A program made the translations under genes and the position numbers. Of a stretch of 64,000 bases of DNA, positions 1-9,976 are shown one piece after another. The DNA comes from an uncultured Methanosarcinales archaeon (GTDB taxonomy: Archaea; Nanobdellota; Nanobdellia; Woesearchaeales; ARS49): NCBI GenBank assembly GCA_964354285.1, contig CAYGYR010000001.1, positions 262,424 through 326,423 of the forward strand, written 5' to 3'. Position 1 is the stretch's first letter. Each line of letters opens with the position of its first letter. The notes below the pieces were generated by a model that had not been told where the DNA came from, searched no databases, and worked only from the letters and a program-made list of their open reading frames with translations.

Positions 1-3000
1 TTGCTCATGAGTCCTGCCCAAATCAACAATGTTTTGCTTTATCCATTGCCTGTGGTCTGATGCAAATGCATCTTTTTCAGCGCGCCCCCATGCCATACTT
101 AGCCTTTCAATATATTTTTTCCTTGCCAAAAGATCTGGATACTGCTCATCATTCATATTCTTGTCAGAGGCAAGCCTTCTTACTTCTGGAATCTGATTGT
201 GATCAAAGTTAATGAAGTCAGTCATTCCTGGCCTAAGGCTGTAAAATTCAGGAACAAGCTGCGCTTCAAGGAAAGCAGGGTAGAGGCCATCATAGCCATT
301 GTTGCATAGGTCTGCAGGACTTTTTTTCATGATATTTGTATAATAATAATTAAGCGGGGCTATCCCTGATATCTCCAGGTCTGCTTTCATGCAATCCATA
401 TTTCTCTGGTCAAGGAACATGACAATCTCAGATGGAGCCCACTCCCGCTCAAGACCCAAAACTTCCCTTCTGTATTGGTCTGAGACAATATCTTTTGTAA
501 GCGAGTAATCTGCTCCACTAAAATCAAGATAGTTATACACTTTGATTGCGGCATAAAATTTCTTTAATTTTTCAACAGAGGCAGGATCAATTATCATTTG
601 CTCTCTGACATCAAGATAAGGAACAGCTTTGCCATCAATTGTTGTGCCTGCAAAATAAAGTGAATCAAGCAGGGCCCTATCAAAAGGGTTATAATGAATT
701 TGTAATGCTCCTGCATTCCATGCTTTCAATAATGCCTCATAACTATCAACCCTGCATCTTGGCAAGCCAAACCTTTGCATATACGCATCAGACCACTCAG
801 GAACTCTTCTCTCAATTCCTCCCCTATTGATGCATCCTGTTCCAGGATCACCAATATTATATCTCTGCAGCCTTCTGAAAAGCTCTTTTGCCCAGCCGCC
901 AGGGCTTGCATCAGTAACTTCCACATCAAATATCTGGATAATGCCTTCCTCTGCATCACGCAGCAAGTAATCAACCTCATCATCATAATCAAACAACAGG
1001 CTCATCTGCAGTAGCTGCCTGTCAGCATAGGCATACTTACTATAGATATCAAGCGCTTCCTTACAAGGAGCGTATGCAGTAACAGGAGAATTAAAAGGAA
1101 CTGCAACGCATTGGTCTTTGAGCATGTTTGCATTGTGGATTTCTGCAACAAACTCAGCCCTGAACCCTTGTTTCTCCTTAAGCTCATCAGCATACATCCT
1201 TGCTGCAAGAACTTCAGTTGCGAGATTAACAAGTTCGTCTGCGGCAAGGTGATGATATTTAATTAAATCAGGGGCGTCATTAACAATAGTCTGATGGAAT
1301 TGCACAGCCCTGTCACGAAGGAATCCACCAACGCTATATTTATCGTGGTAGAATTTCTCATCAGGCCTGCTCGAATCAGGTATTGTGGCATTGTGGTACT
1401 CATTTAATTCCAAATCTGTTATCAGCTCATTAAATGCATTCTCAAAATCTTTACAGGAAGTTAGGTCACGACCGCCTTCCAATGTACTAAAGCACGAAGC
1501 ACGTAAAGAAAGAACTTCTGCATACTTTTTCTTTGCAGGAGTGTATCTTGTTTTTGCAATCTCCCAATCTTCTGTCTGGTATTTTTTAAGGGCCTCCAAT
1601 AATTTTTCAGAATAGTAAAGAGGCCTGTCCTCATCAACAACATATTTGTAAAGTTCTTTTAAACCTGATCCTGCTCTTCCACAAGTCGCGCCACCCCGGG
1701 AAATGCAGGAAGCAACATCAAGCTCGATTTTTTCATACTGCTTTTCTGCACTTTCTGCTGACTTGTCTGCAACTGCAAGCCAATCAGCCTTGATGAGGGG
1801 ATCTGTGCTTCCGGCAAAAGCATAATTTTTGATTCCATATGCGGTTTCACCGCGGTGGAAATCAATAAAGAAAAGCCCATTTAAGTTATACAATGCATAA
1901 TATCTTGCTTTGACAGTAAGATAATCCGCAAAATTATTTCCTGCAGTAATTGTTTGAGGCTGTTCGCTCACAACTTTTGCCTCAATCTTGTCAGGAGTCC
2001 ATCCTGCATCTTTTACCAAGACATCATTCAAGCTTGCGAATCCGCTGTTCGTTAGCACAGTGTATGAGCTTCCTTTCTTTGCAAACAAATAATTTCCTGC
2101 AACAGCATACTCCCAGTCATATTTGCCGCCAACAAGATTTCCTGGAATCCATTTGTTTGCGCCTTGAGCCATCACTGCAGCTTGTATGGCATATCCTTGC
2201 TCCTGATCCCAAGGAACTGCAAAGAATCTTCCTGTATAGGAATCAATCTTGAACAAGTTGTTGTCGCCATCTCTTGCATAAAGAACATTTCCTATTCTTT
2301 TATACAGAAGCCCTGTCTTGCCTTTGCTTGGCTTCTGCCACACTAAGGAATTAACTTCGACAGCAAGCTCGTTTTGGAGCTTTTCCATCTCCTCGCTTAT
2401 ATTCAGGAATGTTATTGAGTTAGCTTTAACAGGCATTGTTCCTTCTGGGAAATTGTATAACTCAACAGAGCCAAGGTCTTCTGCCTGAACATAGCAGACA
2501 GCAGGATCATCTCCCTGAACAAGCAGGTCTGCTTTGCATGGGCTAGCAAGATAGAAGCGCAGCCCAGGCGGACTGTAATCTCTGCCTCTCAGCAGGCGAA
2601 GCAGGGGCGTGTTATTATACTTCAGAGGATATGGAGCAGGCCAGGCCGGACCAAATGATAGCCACATAGAATCTTTGCCACCATTCAAAGACCTCGCATT
2701 AATCCTGTCAATCATCTGCGCAAACAGGCCAGTGCCGAGCATCACGAGAAGCTTGTGGTCACGGGTAAGTTTTGCGCCAAAAACAGCACCTTTGCCAGTA
2801 TAGCCTGCGGCAGAAAGCAGTTTTCCAGCATACGGCACTTTTGTCCCCATCAGCCACACTTTTTCAGAATATGCTGTAAGCGCAGCAAGCGATAATTTTG
2901 AACTCTGACTAACTGTTGCATCAAGAGCTTGCAATTCCTTTTTTACAAGCATGTCATCAAATATTGTGTTAAATTCCTTGAACATTGCTTCCTGTGATTT

Positions 3001-4179
3001 TAAAGGAAGTGTGCCAAGGCTGTCAATCTGCTTTGACATTTGCGCAACAGCAGCATCGTCCATTGACCCAATTAATGTCTTGAAAGTTTCTTTCCTGCCA
3101 ACTAGCTCAACAAATTTAAGTTCAGACTTGCCAATAGGCGTAGCTACTTTCATTATGTTCTGCGCAAGCTCATCTGCACTTTTTGATATTGCCGTAATAT
3201 CTGCCCCCCGCATGCCTTTAGCAGTCGCAGTAAAGCCAAGCTCATCATAATTCTTGCCAAAATACTGCACAAGCTCGTCTTTAATTTGAGCTTGAGAAGC
3301 TTTGATAGAACCGTCCCTTTCGACGTGCTTGCTTAGGATTGCAGTCAAGTCATCTGCCTTGTAAGCATACCTTTCTGACACAGACCACAATTTTCCCAGC
3401 TCCCCTTTCAAGTAAGAATCAATTAATTTTATTTTTGCAGCCTTTTTTGCACCAAAACCAGAGTAAAGCCTAGCCATTTTTTTGAAAGGCCAGGCCATTG
3501 CCTTAAATGGAGCAAGCATCAATTTGAATGGCTCTTTCAATGCAGTTTTCATTGCATCCTTGCCCATGCCTTCAGTTATTGCTTTCTTAGTCGATCCACC
3601 AAGCCCTCCCGCAGGACCGAGAGCCGCGCTCACTATGCCAGAAACAGCAATTGCCACAACATCTGTGCTGAGCATATTGGCGCTCCAGTACTTATCCTCT
3701 CCATCTGGAAAGCTTTCGTAATAGAATAAGTATGCAGGATCTCCTATGCCTTGTATCCAATCCCTAACCATAGACGGCTGTATGTCTTGTGTAAGCTCAA
3801 AACCAATAACCTTGCATTTTGGTGCTTTCTTATTGATTAACTGCACAAGACTGCAGTCCACACAAACAGGACCATAGTGCACTCCCGGACAACTGGTTAG
3901 ATTAGTAGTATCACTATCTGAGCAATCTGTCTTGAAATCAATTTGCCCGTGGGCAACTGTGTTTGCTGCGCAAATAAATGCCCTTGCTGAATAATCAACA
4001 ATATCACCAACAGGCACACCAGGAACAAACTGCTCTGCAGAAGGAGGTGAAATCATTCCAAATATTCTTTCACCAACAATATGCCAAACTCCCTTTAATG
4101 GGGTGAGAAGCGTGGCTATTATGACTATGGCTGCAATGCCTCCTATGATTACACCCCATGCAACTGCTTTCTTGTTCAT
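1..4179 (-). CDS. Giant membrane-anchored protein of at least 1393 aa, partial because it runs off the window start. The ATG is at 4177-4179 and the N-terminal TM helix reads MNKKAVAWGVIIGGIAAIVIIATLL. It is not in the supplied ORF track because there is no in-window stop.
   Basis: I translated the minus strand by hand from 4179 down to position 1 and met no stop codon in about 1393 codons. All listed minus-strand short ORFs in this span lie in one other frame. The start ATG overlaps the TGA of the upstream small ORF in an ATGA pattern. The N-terminus is hydrophobic and the rest is large and soluble. Confidence 0.6.
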   Translation of the reverse strand, partial: MNKKAVAWGVIIGGIAAIVIIATLLTPLKGVWHIVGERIFGMISPPSAEQFVPGVPVGDIVDYSARAFICAANTVAHGQIDFKTDCSDSDTTNLTSCPGVHYGPVCVDCSLVQLINKKAPKCKVIGFELTQDIQPSMVRDWIQGIGDPAYLFYYESFPDGEDKYWSANMLSTDVVAIAVSGIVSAALGPAGGLGGSTKKAITEGMGKDAMKTALKEPFKLMLAPFKAMAWPFKKMARLYSGFGAKKAAKIKLIDSYLKGELGKLWSVSERYAYKADDLTAILSKHVERDGSIKASQAQIKDELVQYFGKNYDELGFTATAKGMRGADITAISKSADELAQNIMKVATPIGKSELKFVELVGRKETFKTLIGSMDDAAVAQMSKQIDSLGTLPLKSQEAMFKEFNTIFDDMLVKKELQALDATVSQSSKLSLAALTAYSEKVWLMGTKVPYAGKLLSAAGYTGKGAVFGAKLTRDHKLLVMLGTGLFAQMIDRINARSLNGGKDSMWLSFGPAWPAPYPLKYNNTPLLRLLRGRDYSPPGLRFYLASPCKADLLVQGDDPAVCYVQAEDLGSVELYNFPEGTMPVKANSITFLNISEEMEKLQNELAVEVNSLVWQKPSKGKTGLLYKRIGNVLYARDGDNNLFKIDSYTGRFFAVPWDQEQGYAIQAAVMAQGANKWIPGNLVGGKYDWEYAVAGNYLFAKKGSSYTVLTNSGFASLNDVLVKDAGWTPDKIEAKVVSEQPQTITAGNNFADYLTVKARYYALYNLNGLFFIDFHRGETAYGIKNYAFAGSTDPLIKADWLAVADKSAESAEKQYEKIELDVASCISRGGATCGRAGSGLKELYKYVVDEDRPLYYSEKLLEALKKYQTEDWEIAKTRYTPAKKKYAEVLSLRASCFSTLEGGRDLTSCKDFENAFNELITDLELNEYHNATIPDSSRPDEKFYHDKYSVGGFLRDRAVQFHQTIVNDAPDLIKYHHLAADELVNLATEVLAARMYADELKEKQGFRAEFVAEIHNANMLKDQCVAVPFNSPVTAYAPCKEALDIYSKYAYADRQLLQMSLLFDYDDEVDYLLRDAEEGIIQIFDVEVTDASPGGWAKELFRRLQRYNIGDPGTGCINRGGIERRVPEWSDAYMQRFGLPRCRVDSYEALLKAWNAGALQIHYNPFDRALLDSLYFAGTTIDGKAVPYLDVREQMIIDPASVEKLKKFYAAIKVYNYLDFSGADYSLTKDIVSDQYRREVLGLEREWAPSEIVMFLDQRNMDCMKADLEISGIAPLNYYYTNIMKKSPADLCNNGYDGLYPAFLEAQLVPEFYSLRPGMTDFINFDHNQIPEVRRLASDKNMNDEQYPDLLARKKYIERLSMAWGRAEKDAFASDHRQWIKQNIVDLGRTHEQ

Positions 4180-4319
4180 GGTCTTATCTGGCCGAGCAAG
4201 CCAATCATTCCGCCTTTTGACTTGATTGATATCACAATAATCAATGCAAGCACAAACAAGCCGATGATTAAGCCAACAATGTATCCCCAGATGGGGATAT
4301 CTGCTTTCTTATTTTTCAT
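4176..4319 (-). CDS. Small membrane protein of about 47 aa (MKNKKADIPIWGYIVGLIIGLFVLALIIVISIK...). It is translationally coupled to the genes on both sides.
   Basis: The internal Met start at 4317-4319 sits 1 nt after the TAA of the upstream gene (4321-4323). Its own stop overlaps the ATG of the giant ORF. It has a single hydrophobic helix. Confidence 0.35.
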   Translation of the reverse strand: MKNKKADIPIWGYIVGLIIGLFVLALIIVISIKSKGGMIGLLGQIRP

Positions 4320-4320
4320 T

Positions 4321-5304
4321 TTAGTCAAGCACATAATCGCAATTAGCTCCATTCTTGTTAAAAGGAAGTATGACACTATCATAAGGAACAACAACAATCT
4401 TGTCTGCCTTGTCCTGAGCATCAGCAGAACTGCCAAGGCCTAAAAAAGTGACGATTGGGCTTGTTACTGTTGCAATCTTATGCATGTTTATCCTTGAGTA
4501 AACAACAGCAATAGGCTGGTTCACATTATAGCCATAATTCTGCTGGAATGGCTTAAGCCAGTCAGGAAGTGTGTAAAGATAATAGCTCTCTGAAGTCCCG
4601 GGAACAGCATTAAACTGCATCCAAAGTGTTAAAGACTTTATGTCTGGTTTTGCTGCAAACTGTGATTTCACATCATCAGTAAGCTTCAACCTTGTGCAGA
4701 CAATGCAAAAAACAGGAGGCCTCTGGAATTTAAGATTCCATACTTTAAGATAGTCAAGGGATGTCATTGCTCCCGGTGTTACAGAAATGTTTTGCTGTGT
4801 TGCATTAGCGACTGTGGCTGGATCAAGAACAACATTTTGGTAATCAATCAATCTGTACCAGGAATCAAACAAAGGCATCTCTCCATGCCAGACCTTGTCC
4901 CAGCACTCGACCATTTCGTCAGCCACAATCTTGTTCATTGACCACTCTGCACGCATCAGCGGGTTAACCGGATCACTGAAAAGATTGCTTATTGCAGCAT
5001 AGTTCTGGCCTTTTGTCTTGTAGAACTGCATCATCTTTTCTGCAGAAGGATAGTTTGCCTGCAAATCAGCCATAGTCACGTTCTTGTATTTTGCCCTGCA
5101 CTCAACAGGAATATTCTCAAAGCCAAGTCCAGGAGTCCTTGTTAAAGCTGAAACAAGAACACTCCATTCACACTCTCCTTTTGAGCCAGCTGCATAGAGC
5201 TTTTCTCCGAACTCAGGAACAATGAAAAGAAAAACAACAAGAGCAATCACTGCTGCAATTGCGGCAACAGCAACAGATGTTATTTCATAGCCTTTCTTGT
5301 TCAT
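4321..5304 (-). CDS. Membrane-anchored exported protein of about 327 aa, function unknown.
   Basis: I trimmed the ORF-track entry 4321..5541 to the internal start MNKKGYEITSVAVAAIAAVIALVVFLFIV at 5302-5304. The longer N-terminus would overlap the pilin gene 5444..5713. It has an N-terminal TM helix followed by a soluble domain. Confidence 0.5.
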   Translation of the reverse strand: MNKKGYEITSVAVAAIAAVIALVVFLFIVPEFGEKLYAAGSKGECEWSVLVSALTRTPGLGFENIPVECRAKYKNVTMADLQANYPSAEKMMQFYKTKGQNYAAISNLFSDPVNPLMRAEWSMNKIVADEMVECWDKVWHGEMPLFDSWYRLIDYQNVVLDPATVANATQQNISVTPGAMTSLDYLKVWNLKFQRPPVFCIVCTRLKLTDDVKSQFAAKPDIKSLTLWMQFNAVPGTSESYYLYTLPDWLKPFQQNYGYNVNQPIAVVYSRINMHKIATVTSPIVTFLGLGSSADAQDKADKIVVVPYDSVILPFNKNGANCDYVLD

Positions 5305-5443
5305 ATCGCACCCTTGCTTTTCAGAACTGCAAGTATCATTATGAAAATTACCAAAATCAAGATTAGACTGATGATTAGCTCCCAGGCAATCCCTCTTTTT
5401 TGCATATATTAAAAAGTAAGAATAAGTATATATAAGATTTTCG

Positions 5444-5713
5444 TTATTTTTCACAGCAGACTTCATTAAAGCCAAGCGGCTCAAGCTGCCCTGTTGAATT
5501 TTTTTTGCCATAATCACCAAGCAAAGCCCTTTCGCAGTCATAGAATGACTTATTCTGGCCAGCAGGGCATTCTTTCAGTTCAGATGCTTCCTTGGTACCC
5601 TTGCCAAAATATCCTAGCTTGTTTATCACAGCATACAATAGAATGAAAAGAACAGCTAAGGCTAATGCTGCAATGACAATTGTTGTTATTGGCAAACCCT
5701 GAGCTTTTTTCAT
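5444..5713 (-). CDS. Type IV pilin-like protein with a class III signal peptide.
   Basis: The N-terminus MKKAQGLPITTIVIAALALAVLFILLYAVI is a charged stretch, then QG, then a long hydrophobic helix. The segment QGLPITTIVIAALAL is identical to the adjacent paralog. The protein is short, 89 aa. Confidence 0.55.
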   Translation of the reverse strand: MKKAQGLPITTIVIAALALAVLFILLYAVINKLGYFGKGTKEASELKECPAGQNKSFYDCERALLGDYGKKNSTGQLEPLGFNEVCCEK

Positions 5714-5765
5714 GTTATTAAGTTAAAAGCAAATAAAAGAAAAAATTAAAAGAAAAAAAAGTAAT

Positions 5766-6116
5766 TTAGTATGCTGTTGGAATACAGCAAGCAGCACAGG
5801 TAATCGGCTTGTTATCAGGGGCTAGTGTTCTTATTCCTCTTGCAATATACCCGCCTTGCACTTTTTGTTCATAAGTATTACATGCAGCAGTGGTTCTTGA
5901 AGCAGGATCACCCATCTTTTCTAAAATGCCGGGTTGCGCATTAATGCCTGTTGGGAAAGCATTAACGATACAAACTCCTCCGCATTCTGAAGCTGCTCCT
6001 GTAAAAATAGCTAATCTTCCTGTGGTTATTGCAAACAGAATAACAAGCACTACTAGTGCTAATGCTGCAATAACAATTGTTGTTATCGGCAAACCTTGAC
6101 CTTTATCCATAATCAT
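5766..6116 (-). CDS. Type IV pilin-like protein with a class III signal peptide, paralogous to 5444..5713.
   Basis: MIMDKGQGLPITTIVIAALALVVLVILF has a KGQ motif followed by a hydrophobic helix, typical of archaeal prepilins. Its globular part is Cys- and Gly-rich. Confidence 0.55.
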   Translation of the reverse strand: MIMDKGQGLPITTIVIAALALVVLVILFAITTGRLAIFTGAASECGGVCIVNAFPTGINAQPGILEKMGDPASRTTAACNTYEQKVQGGYIARGIRTLAPDNKPITCAACCIPTAY

Positions 6117-6317
6117 ACACCTCTATTAGTTTATGAGGATACTTTAAGCCAATTAGTATATAAACTTTTTGATGATTTAGTAAGCGACAAAATAACTCAT
6201 AATATAAATCGCTTACTAAAGCTTGCAGGACATAACTAGTTTATGATTTATTTATGTCCTGCATTGATTGAGACGAGAGATTAAAAAGTACGAGAACGTA
6301 CAGTACCCTTTCTTGAG

Positions 6318-6412
6318 GCCCTTCGGGCATTTACAACTGTATATGCGGACTGTTTTTCCATACAATACAACTGCGAGCAAAGCAGAGCTTTGCGAGCCTA
6401 GATGCCCGAAGG
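6318..6412. repeat. 12-bp perfect inverted repeat, cccttcgggcat ... atgcccgaaggg, flanking about 70 nt. This may be a structured element.
   Basis: I read it directly in the intergenic region between the pilin gene and lrp. Confidence 0.4.
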
Positions 6413-6441
6413 GCAATTAGCTTTTAACAAAAATAAAAAAT

Positions 6442-6915
6442 TCATGCTGCCGGGAACAGCATGTCAACCATGTCAGGCCTGACAAGAAAGTCTTCCTGCT
6501 TGAGGTCTTCGACTATGTAATGGATGTCTTTCACTTTCACATCAAACTTGTCATCAAGACTCTCAACAAAATCCTCGAGCTCGCAGGCATTCCTGAAAAT
6601 AAAGTCAGCCATGAAATCATAGCCGTTGTTTATCTTGTACAGGGAATTCACATTGGCAGACTGCATAAGAAACTCCCGCATATGCTCTTTTGTCTCCTTC
6701 CTTGCCTTGATAAGCACAGTTGCCCGAGTATTGTAGCCAAGCTTCGGATAGTTCAGCAGGGCAGTTGCCCGCAGAATCACCTCGCCCGCGCCAGACCTAA
6801 TCCTGTCAAATATCGTGCTAACAGGCACGCCTGACTTTCTTGACAGGGTTGTCAAGGGTATCCTCGCATCCTGCCTCAAGTAAGAGGCAAGCATCAAATC
6901 TTTTTTCTTAATCAT
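6442..6915 (-). CDS. lrp: Lrp/AsnC-family transcriptional regulator.
   Basis: It has an N-terminal HTH (DARIPLTTLSRKSGVPVSTIFDRIR) and a C-terminal RAM-like domain. The length of about 157 aa fits. I chose the start at the internal Met MIKKKD. Confidence 0.7.
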   Translation of the reverse strand: MIKKKDLMLASYLRQDARIPLTTLSRKSGVPVSTIFDRIRSGAGEVILRATALLNYPKLGYNTRATVLIKARKETKEHMREFLMQSANVNSLYKINNGYDFMADFIFRNACELEDFVESLDDKFDVKVKDIHYIVEDLKQEDFLVRPDMVDMLFPAA

Positions 6916-7050
6916 GTATATATCACCTCCAAGCGATATAATGTGTATAAGCAAGAACAAATTATATATTTTTGTCTTATACCTTATATATCACCTTATA
7001 ACTATATAAGAACAAAAAATTTATATATGCAATGACATATAAGGTATAAT

Positions 7051-7944
7051 ATGAAAAGAAAAGTAATACAGCTGGCGCACAAAACATTTGTTGTGAGCCT
7101 GCCCAGCAAGTGGGTAAAAAAACTTGGAATAAAAAAAGGGGATGAGCTTGAGGTTGATGACTCTGGAAAATCACTAAGCATAGCAACGCAAAGCAAAAGC
7201 AAGAGCACAGTCAGCATCCACCTAAATGGCCCTGAAGAGCTGATGCGAAGAAGGATAAACACAGCATACAAGCGTGGCTTTGACGAGCTCGAGCTAACTT
7301 ATGACGACCCAAAGGCAATAAAGGCAATACAGAAAGAGCTTGACCTGCTTCTAGGATATGAAATAGTAAAACACGGTGAGAAGCACTGCATAATCAAGTG
7401 CATAGCAAACACTTTAGAAGAAGAATATGACGTAATACTAAGAAGAATATTCCTCATGCTCCTGGAAATGGGAGAGGAAAGCCTCAAAGCAATAAAAAAC
7501 AAGGAATTTGACAGGCTGAATGAAATTGCCCTGCTAGAGCACACAAACGACAAGCTGACAAACTTCTGCAAAAGAGTGCTTAACAAAAACTGCAGCCAGA
7601 ACTCAATAATGCAATACTGCATAGTAAGAGAGCTTGAGCGCATTGCAGACTCTTATGCAAAAATCTGTACAAATATGCAGGAAAGCAAATTAAAAGCAAG
7701 CAGGGAAACAATTCTTTTCTATGAAAAAACAAATAATCTTGTGAGAGAGTTTTACGACTTATTTTATGATTTCAAAGAAGACAGGGCAGAAATATTCTCA
7801 AGGCACAGGGAAGAAATAAAAAAGCAAGGCAGCATCCTTACAAATGCAAAACCAAAAGAAGAGGCACTGCTCATACAAACAATATCAGGAATCGCATCGC
7901 AAGTAAACGCGGCAGCAGGGCCATTCTATGCAACGAAGCTATAA
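7051..7944 (+). CDS. Regulator with an AbrB/SpoVT-like swapped-hairpin N-terminus and a PhoU-like domain.
   Basis: The N-terminal KVIQLAHKTFVVSLPSKWVKKLGIKKGDELEV is AbrB/MazE-like. The C-terminal helical region resembles PhoU-family phosphate-uptake regulators. Confidence 0.55.
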   Translation: MKRKVIQLAHKTFVVSLPSKWVKKLGIKKGDELEVDDSGKSLSIATQSKSKSTVSIHLNGPEELMRRRINTAYKRGFDELELTYDDPKAIKAIQKELDLLLGYEIVKHGEKHCIIKCIANTLEEEYDVILRRIFLMLLEMGEESLKAIKNKEFDRLNEIALLEHTNDKLTNFCKRVLNKNCSQNSIMQYCIVRELERIADSYAKICTNMQESKLKASRETILFYEKTNNLVREFYDLFYDFKEDRAEIFSRHREEIKKQGSILTNAKPKEEALLIQTISGIASQVNAAAGPFYATKL

Positions 7945-9944
7945 TCCTTGAGCTGATCCAAAGCAGCATTCAGCTCAGAATAATTTTTTACTTCTCCCAA
8001 AGAAATATCTCCCCGAGAACAGAGTGTTTCAATATCTGTTGATGCATTCTTAATTGTATCAAGTGCAGCAGGCATCTCCCTCTGCCTTCTTGTCTTTGCA
8101 AAAAGCCAGTAAGCAAGCGCCCTGAGCGGGGTGCGCTTCCTGAACTCAATCAAGAAAGCAGTATCATTTATCCTGCGGCTGCTGCCAACAGCATTGTTGA
8201 AAGTTGGAAGATAATCAGAGCAGATAACATCATCTATTGCCTTGTCACCGTCTGAATCCCTGGAAAACAAAAATCCCCTTCTGAGCAGCTTGTTAAGGTC
8301 AGACTCAGGAGAGGTCGCTCCCCTGTAAGGAGTATCATACCTGACAAGAGAGCCACCATCTTCGCAATGAAACTGGCCTGTGTGAGCATCTGAATCAAAA
8401 ACAAGGCCAAAAGAATCAAAACCTGCAATAATTGCAGGAAGAGAATCACAGATAGACTGCTTCAGCTCTGGAGGAATATCTATCACTGCGAGGCTTGACT
8501 TGATATCCTCATAAATATTCTTTGTATCACCTTTGTGAGGAACCAAGGCATGAATAAGCGCAGTGCATTTTGCAGCTTCTTTAAGCAGTTTTACATCACC
8601 TGAATCAAGATAAGCTTCAGTCAATCTTTTTCCTGCAGCAGCAAACTCTGTGAGATAATAATTTTCATAAAGAGGCTGGATGCCAGGAGCATATATTGCC
8701 TTGTGGCCAATCCTCCTCAGGGCCTTGCCAATAATGCCCAGGAGATTTTTCTCTTCCAAAAGAGGCTCATACTGCTTTCCTTCCTTTAGTATGACCAGGT
8801 CTTTTGTGAACTTGTCAAGAACAATCCTGAAAACCCTGTAGCCATCAATTGACTCAAAATAATCCTGAACATTAGGCAACTCAATAAGATTTTTAATTGC
8901 TGAATTACATTCTTTATCTGTCTTTAATTCAAGCAAGTTCTCAAGAGATTCATTGCCGAACTCTTTGCTGAGATGCTCCTGCAGCTTACTGCCTGCTGAA
9001 CGCGGCAAATCTATCTCTTTAACAATATCTGAGATCACATGCAGGGTTTCAGCATACCCAAAACACATTGAAACGCTTTTATCATATTTCAGAAGCTCTT
9101 CAAAAGCTTGCAGGCCGTGCACAAAATCAAATTTGCTGAGAGCATAAAATGAATCAATCGGGCCAAGCCTGGGAAATATTTTCAAAACTGCCTTAATAAC
9201 AGGATAATGATAATATCTCTCATACAAGTTTTTTTCTTTTAATTCAGCCAGGAGACCTTTTAATGCCTTTGAATTGCAGATGAGGGCATTTTCTTTTTCT
9301 CCATACTTCAAGTAGACTGAAGCTTTTTCACCGTATATCCTATGCGGTCTTTTCAAATACAAATTCATTTTATCCAGATTGCTTATCTCTGACACTAAAC
9401 CAAAACATTTTGCTTGCTTTTGGCTGTAATGAAAATATTTAAAATAATTAAATAACTCTGGCGGCTTAAATCTATTAAGCCCTTGCAAAAACAACGCAGG
9501 AAATGCACCGCTCACTGCGGTCAGCATAAAATAAGTGCTGCGTATTTTATCAATTGCACCAAGGTTCAACATCTCAAAGCTCTTGTCTGAAGCTGCACAA
9601 AGCAGGGCTGTGTTTGCCATGCAGAAAAGCGATGCTGCAGCAGGATTATTGATTGCGGCTTCAAGAAAACTGCCCTCTTTTTTCAGCTTGTATTTCTTAA
9701 AAAGATATAATGCGCCAAGCGCAGAGAGAGGAACGCCACACAGCATCGACAGAAAAAAAGGAAAAAATATTTGCTTGCTTTTTTTGCGATTCAAATATTG
9801 CTCAGGAGATTCTAGAGCTATTTGCTTAGAAGTTTCTGCTTTCGGCTTCAGATAACCCACATAGCCAGTGTATGCCAGAGAGCTTCCTGCAATCAAAGCT
9901 CCTGCAATACAGCCTAATACTTTCTTTTTCCATCCCCCAACCAT
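7926..9944 (-). CDS. 672-aa membrane protein with two N-terminal TM helices and a large soluble domain. A kinase-like fold is possible.
   Basis: The N-terminus is hydrophobic. The motif LVPHKGDTKNIY...AVIDIPPE at aa 469-495 loosely resembles the HxDxxxxN plus IDxxE catalytic motifs of the APH/choline-kinase-like family. Confidence 0.4.
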   Translation of the reverse strand: MVGGWKKKVLGCIAGALIAGSSLAYTGYVGYLKPKAETSKQIALESPEQYLNRKKSKQIFFPFFLSMLCGVPLSALGALYLFKKYKLKKEGSFLEAAINNPAAASLFCMANTALLCAASDKSFEMLNLGAIDKIRSTYFMLTAVSGAFPALFLQGLNRFKPPELFNYFKYFHYSQKQAKCFGLVSEISNLDKMNLYLKRPHRIYGEKASVYLKYGEKENALICNSKALKGLLAELKEKNLYERYYHYPVIKAVLKIFPRLGPIDSFYALSKFDFVHGLQAFEELLKYDKSVSMCFGYAETLHVISDIVKEIDLPRSAGSKLQEHLSKEFGNESLENLLELKTDKECNSAIKNLIELPNVQDYFESIDGYRVFRIVLDKFTKDLVILKEGKQYEPLLEEKNLLGIIGKALRRIGHKAIYAPGIQPLYENYYLTEFAAAGKRLTEAYLDSGDVKLLKEAAKCTALIHALVPHKGDTKNIYEDIKSSLAVIDIPPELKQSICDSLPAIIAGFDSFGLVFDSDAHTGQFHCEDGGSLVRYDTPYRGATSPESDLNKLLRRGFLFSRDSDGDKAIDDVICSDYLPTFNNAVGSSRRINDTAFLIEFRKRTPLRALAYWLFAKTRRQREMPAALDTIKNASTDIETLCSRGDISLGEVKNYSELNAALDQLKDYSFVA

Positions 9945-9976
9945 GAAAGAGAATAATCAATAAGTATATATAAAGT

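Noticed and set aside
4321-5541. Full-length 406-aa ORF as listed in the ORF track.
   Set aside because: Its first ~79 codons overlap the pilin gene 5444..5713 in another frame. The internal start MNKKGY at 5304 gives a sensible N-terminal TM protein with compact spacing.
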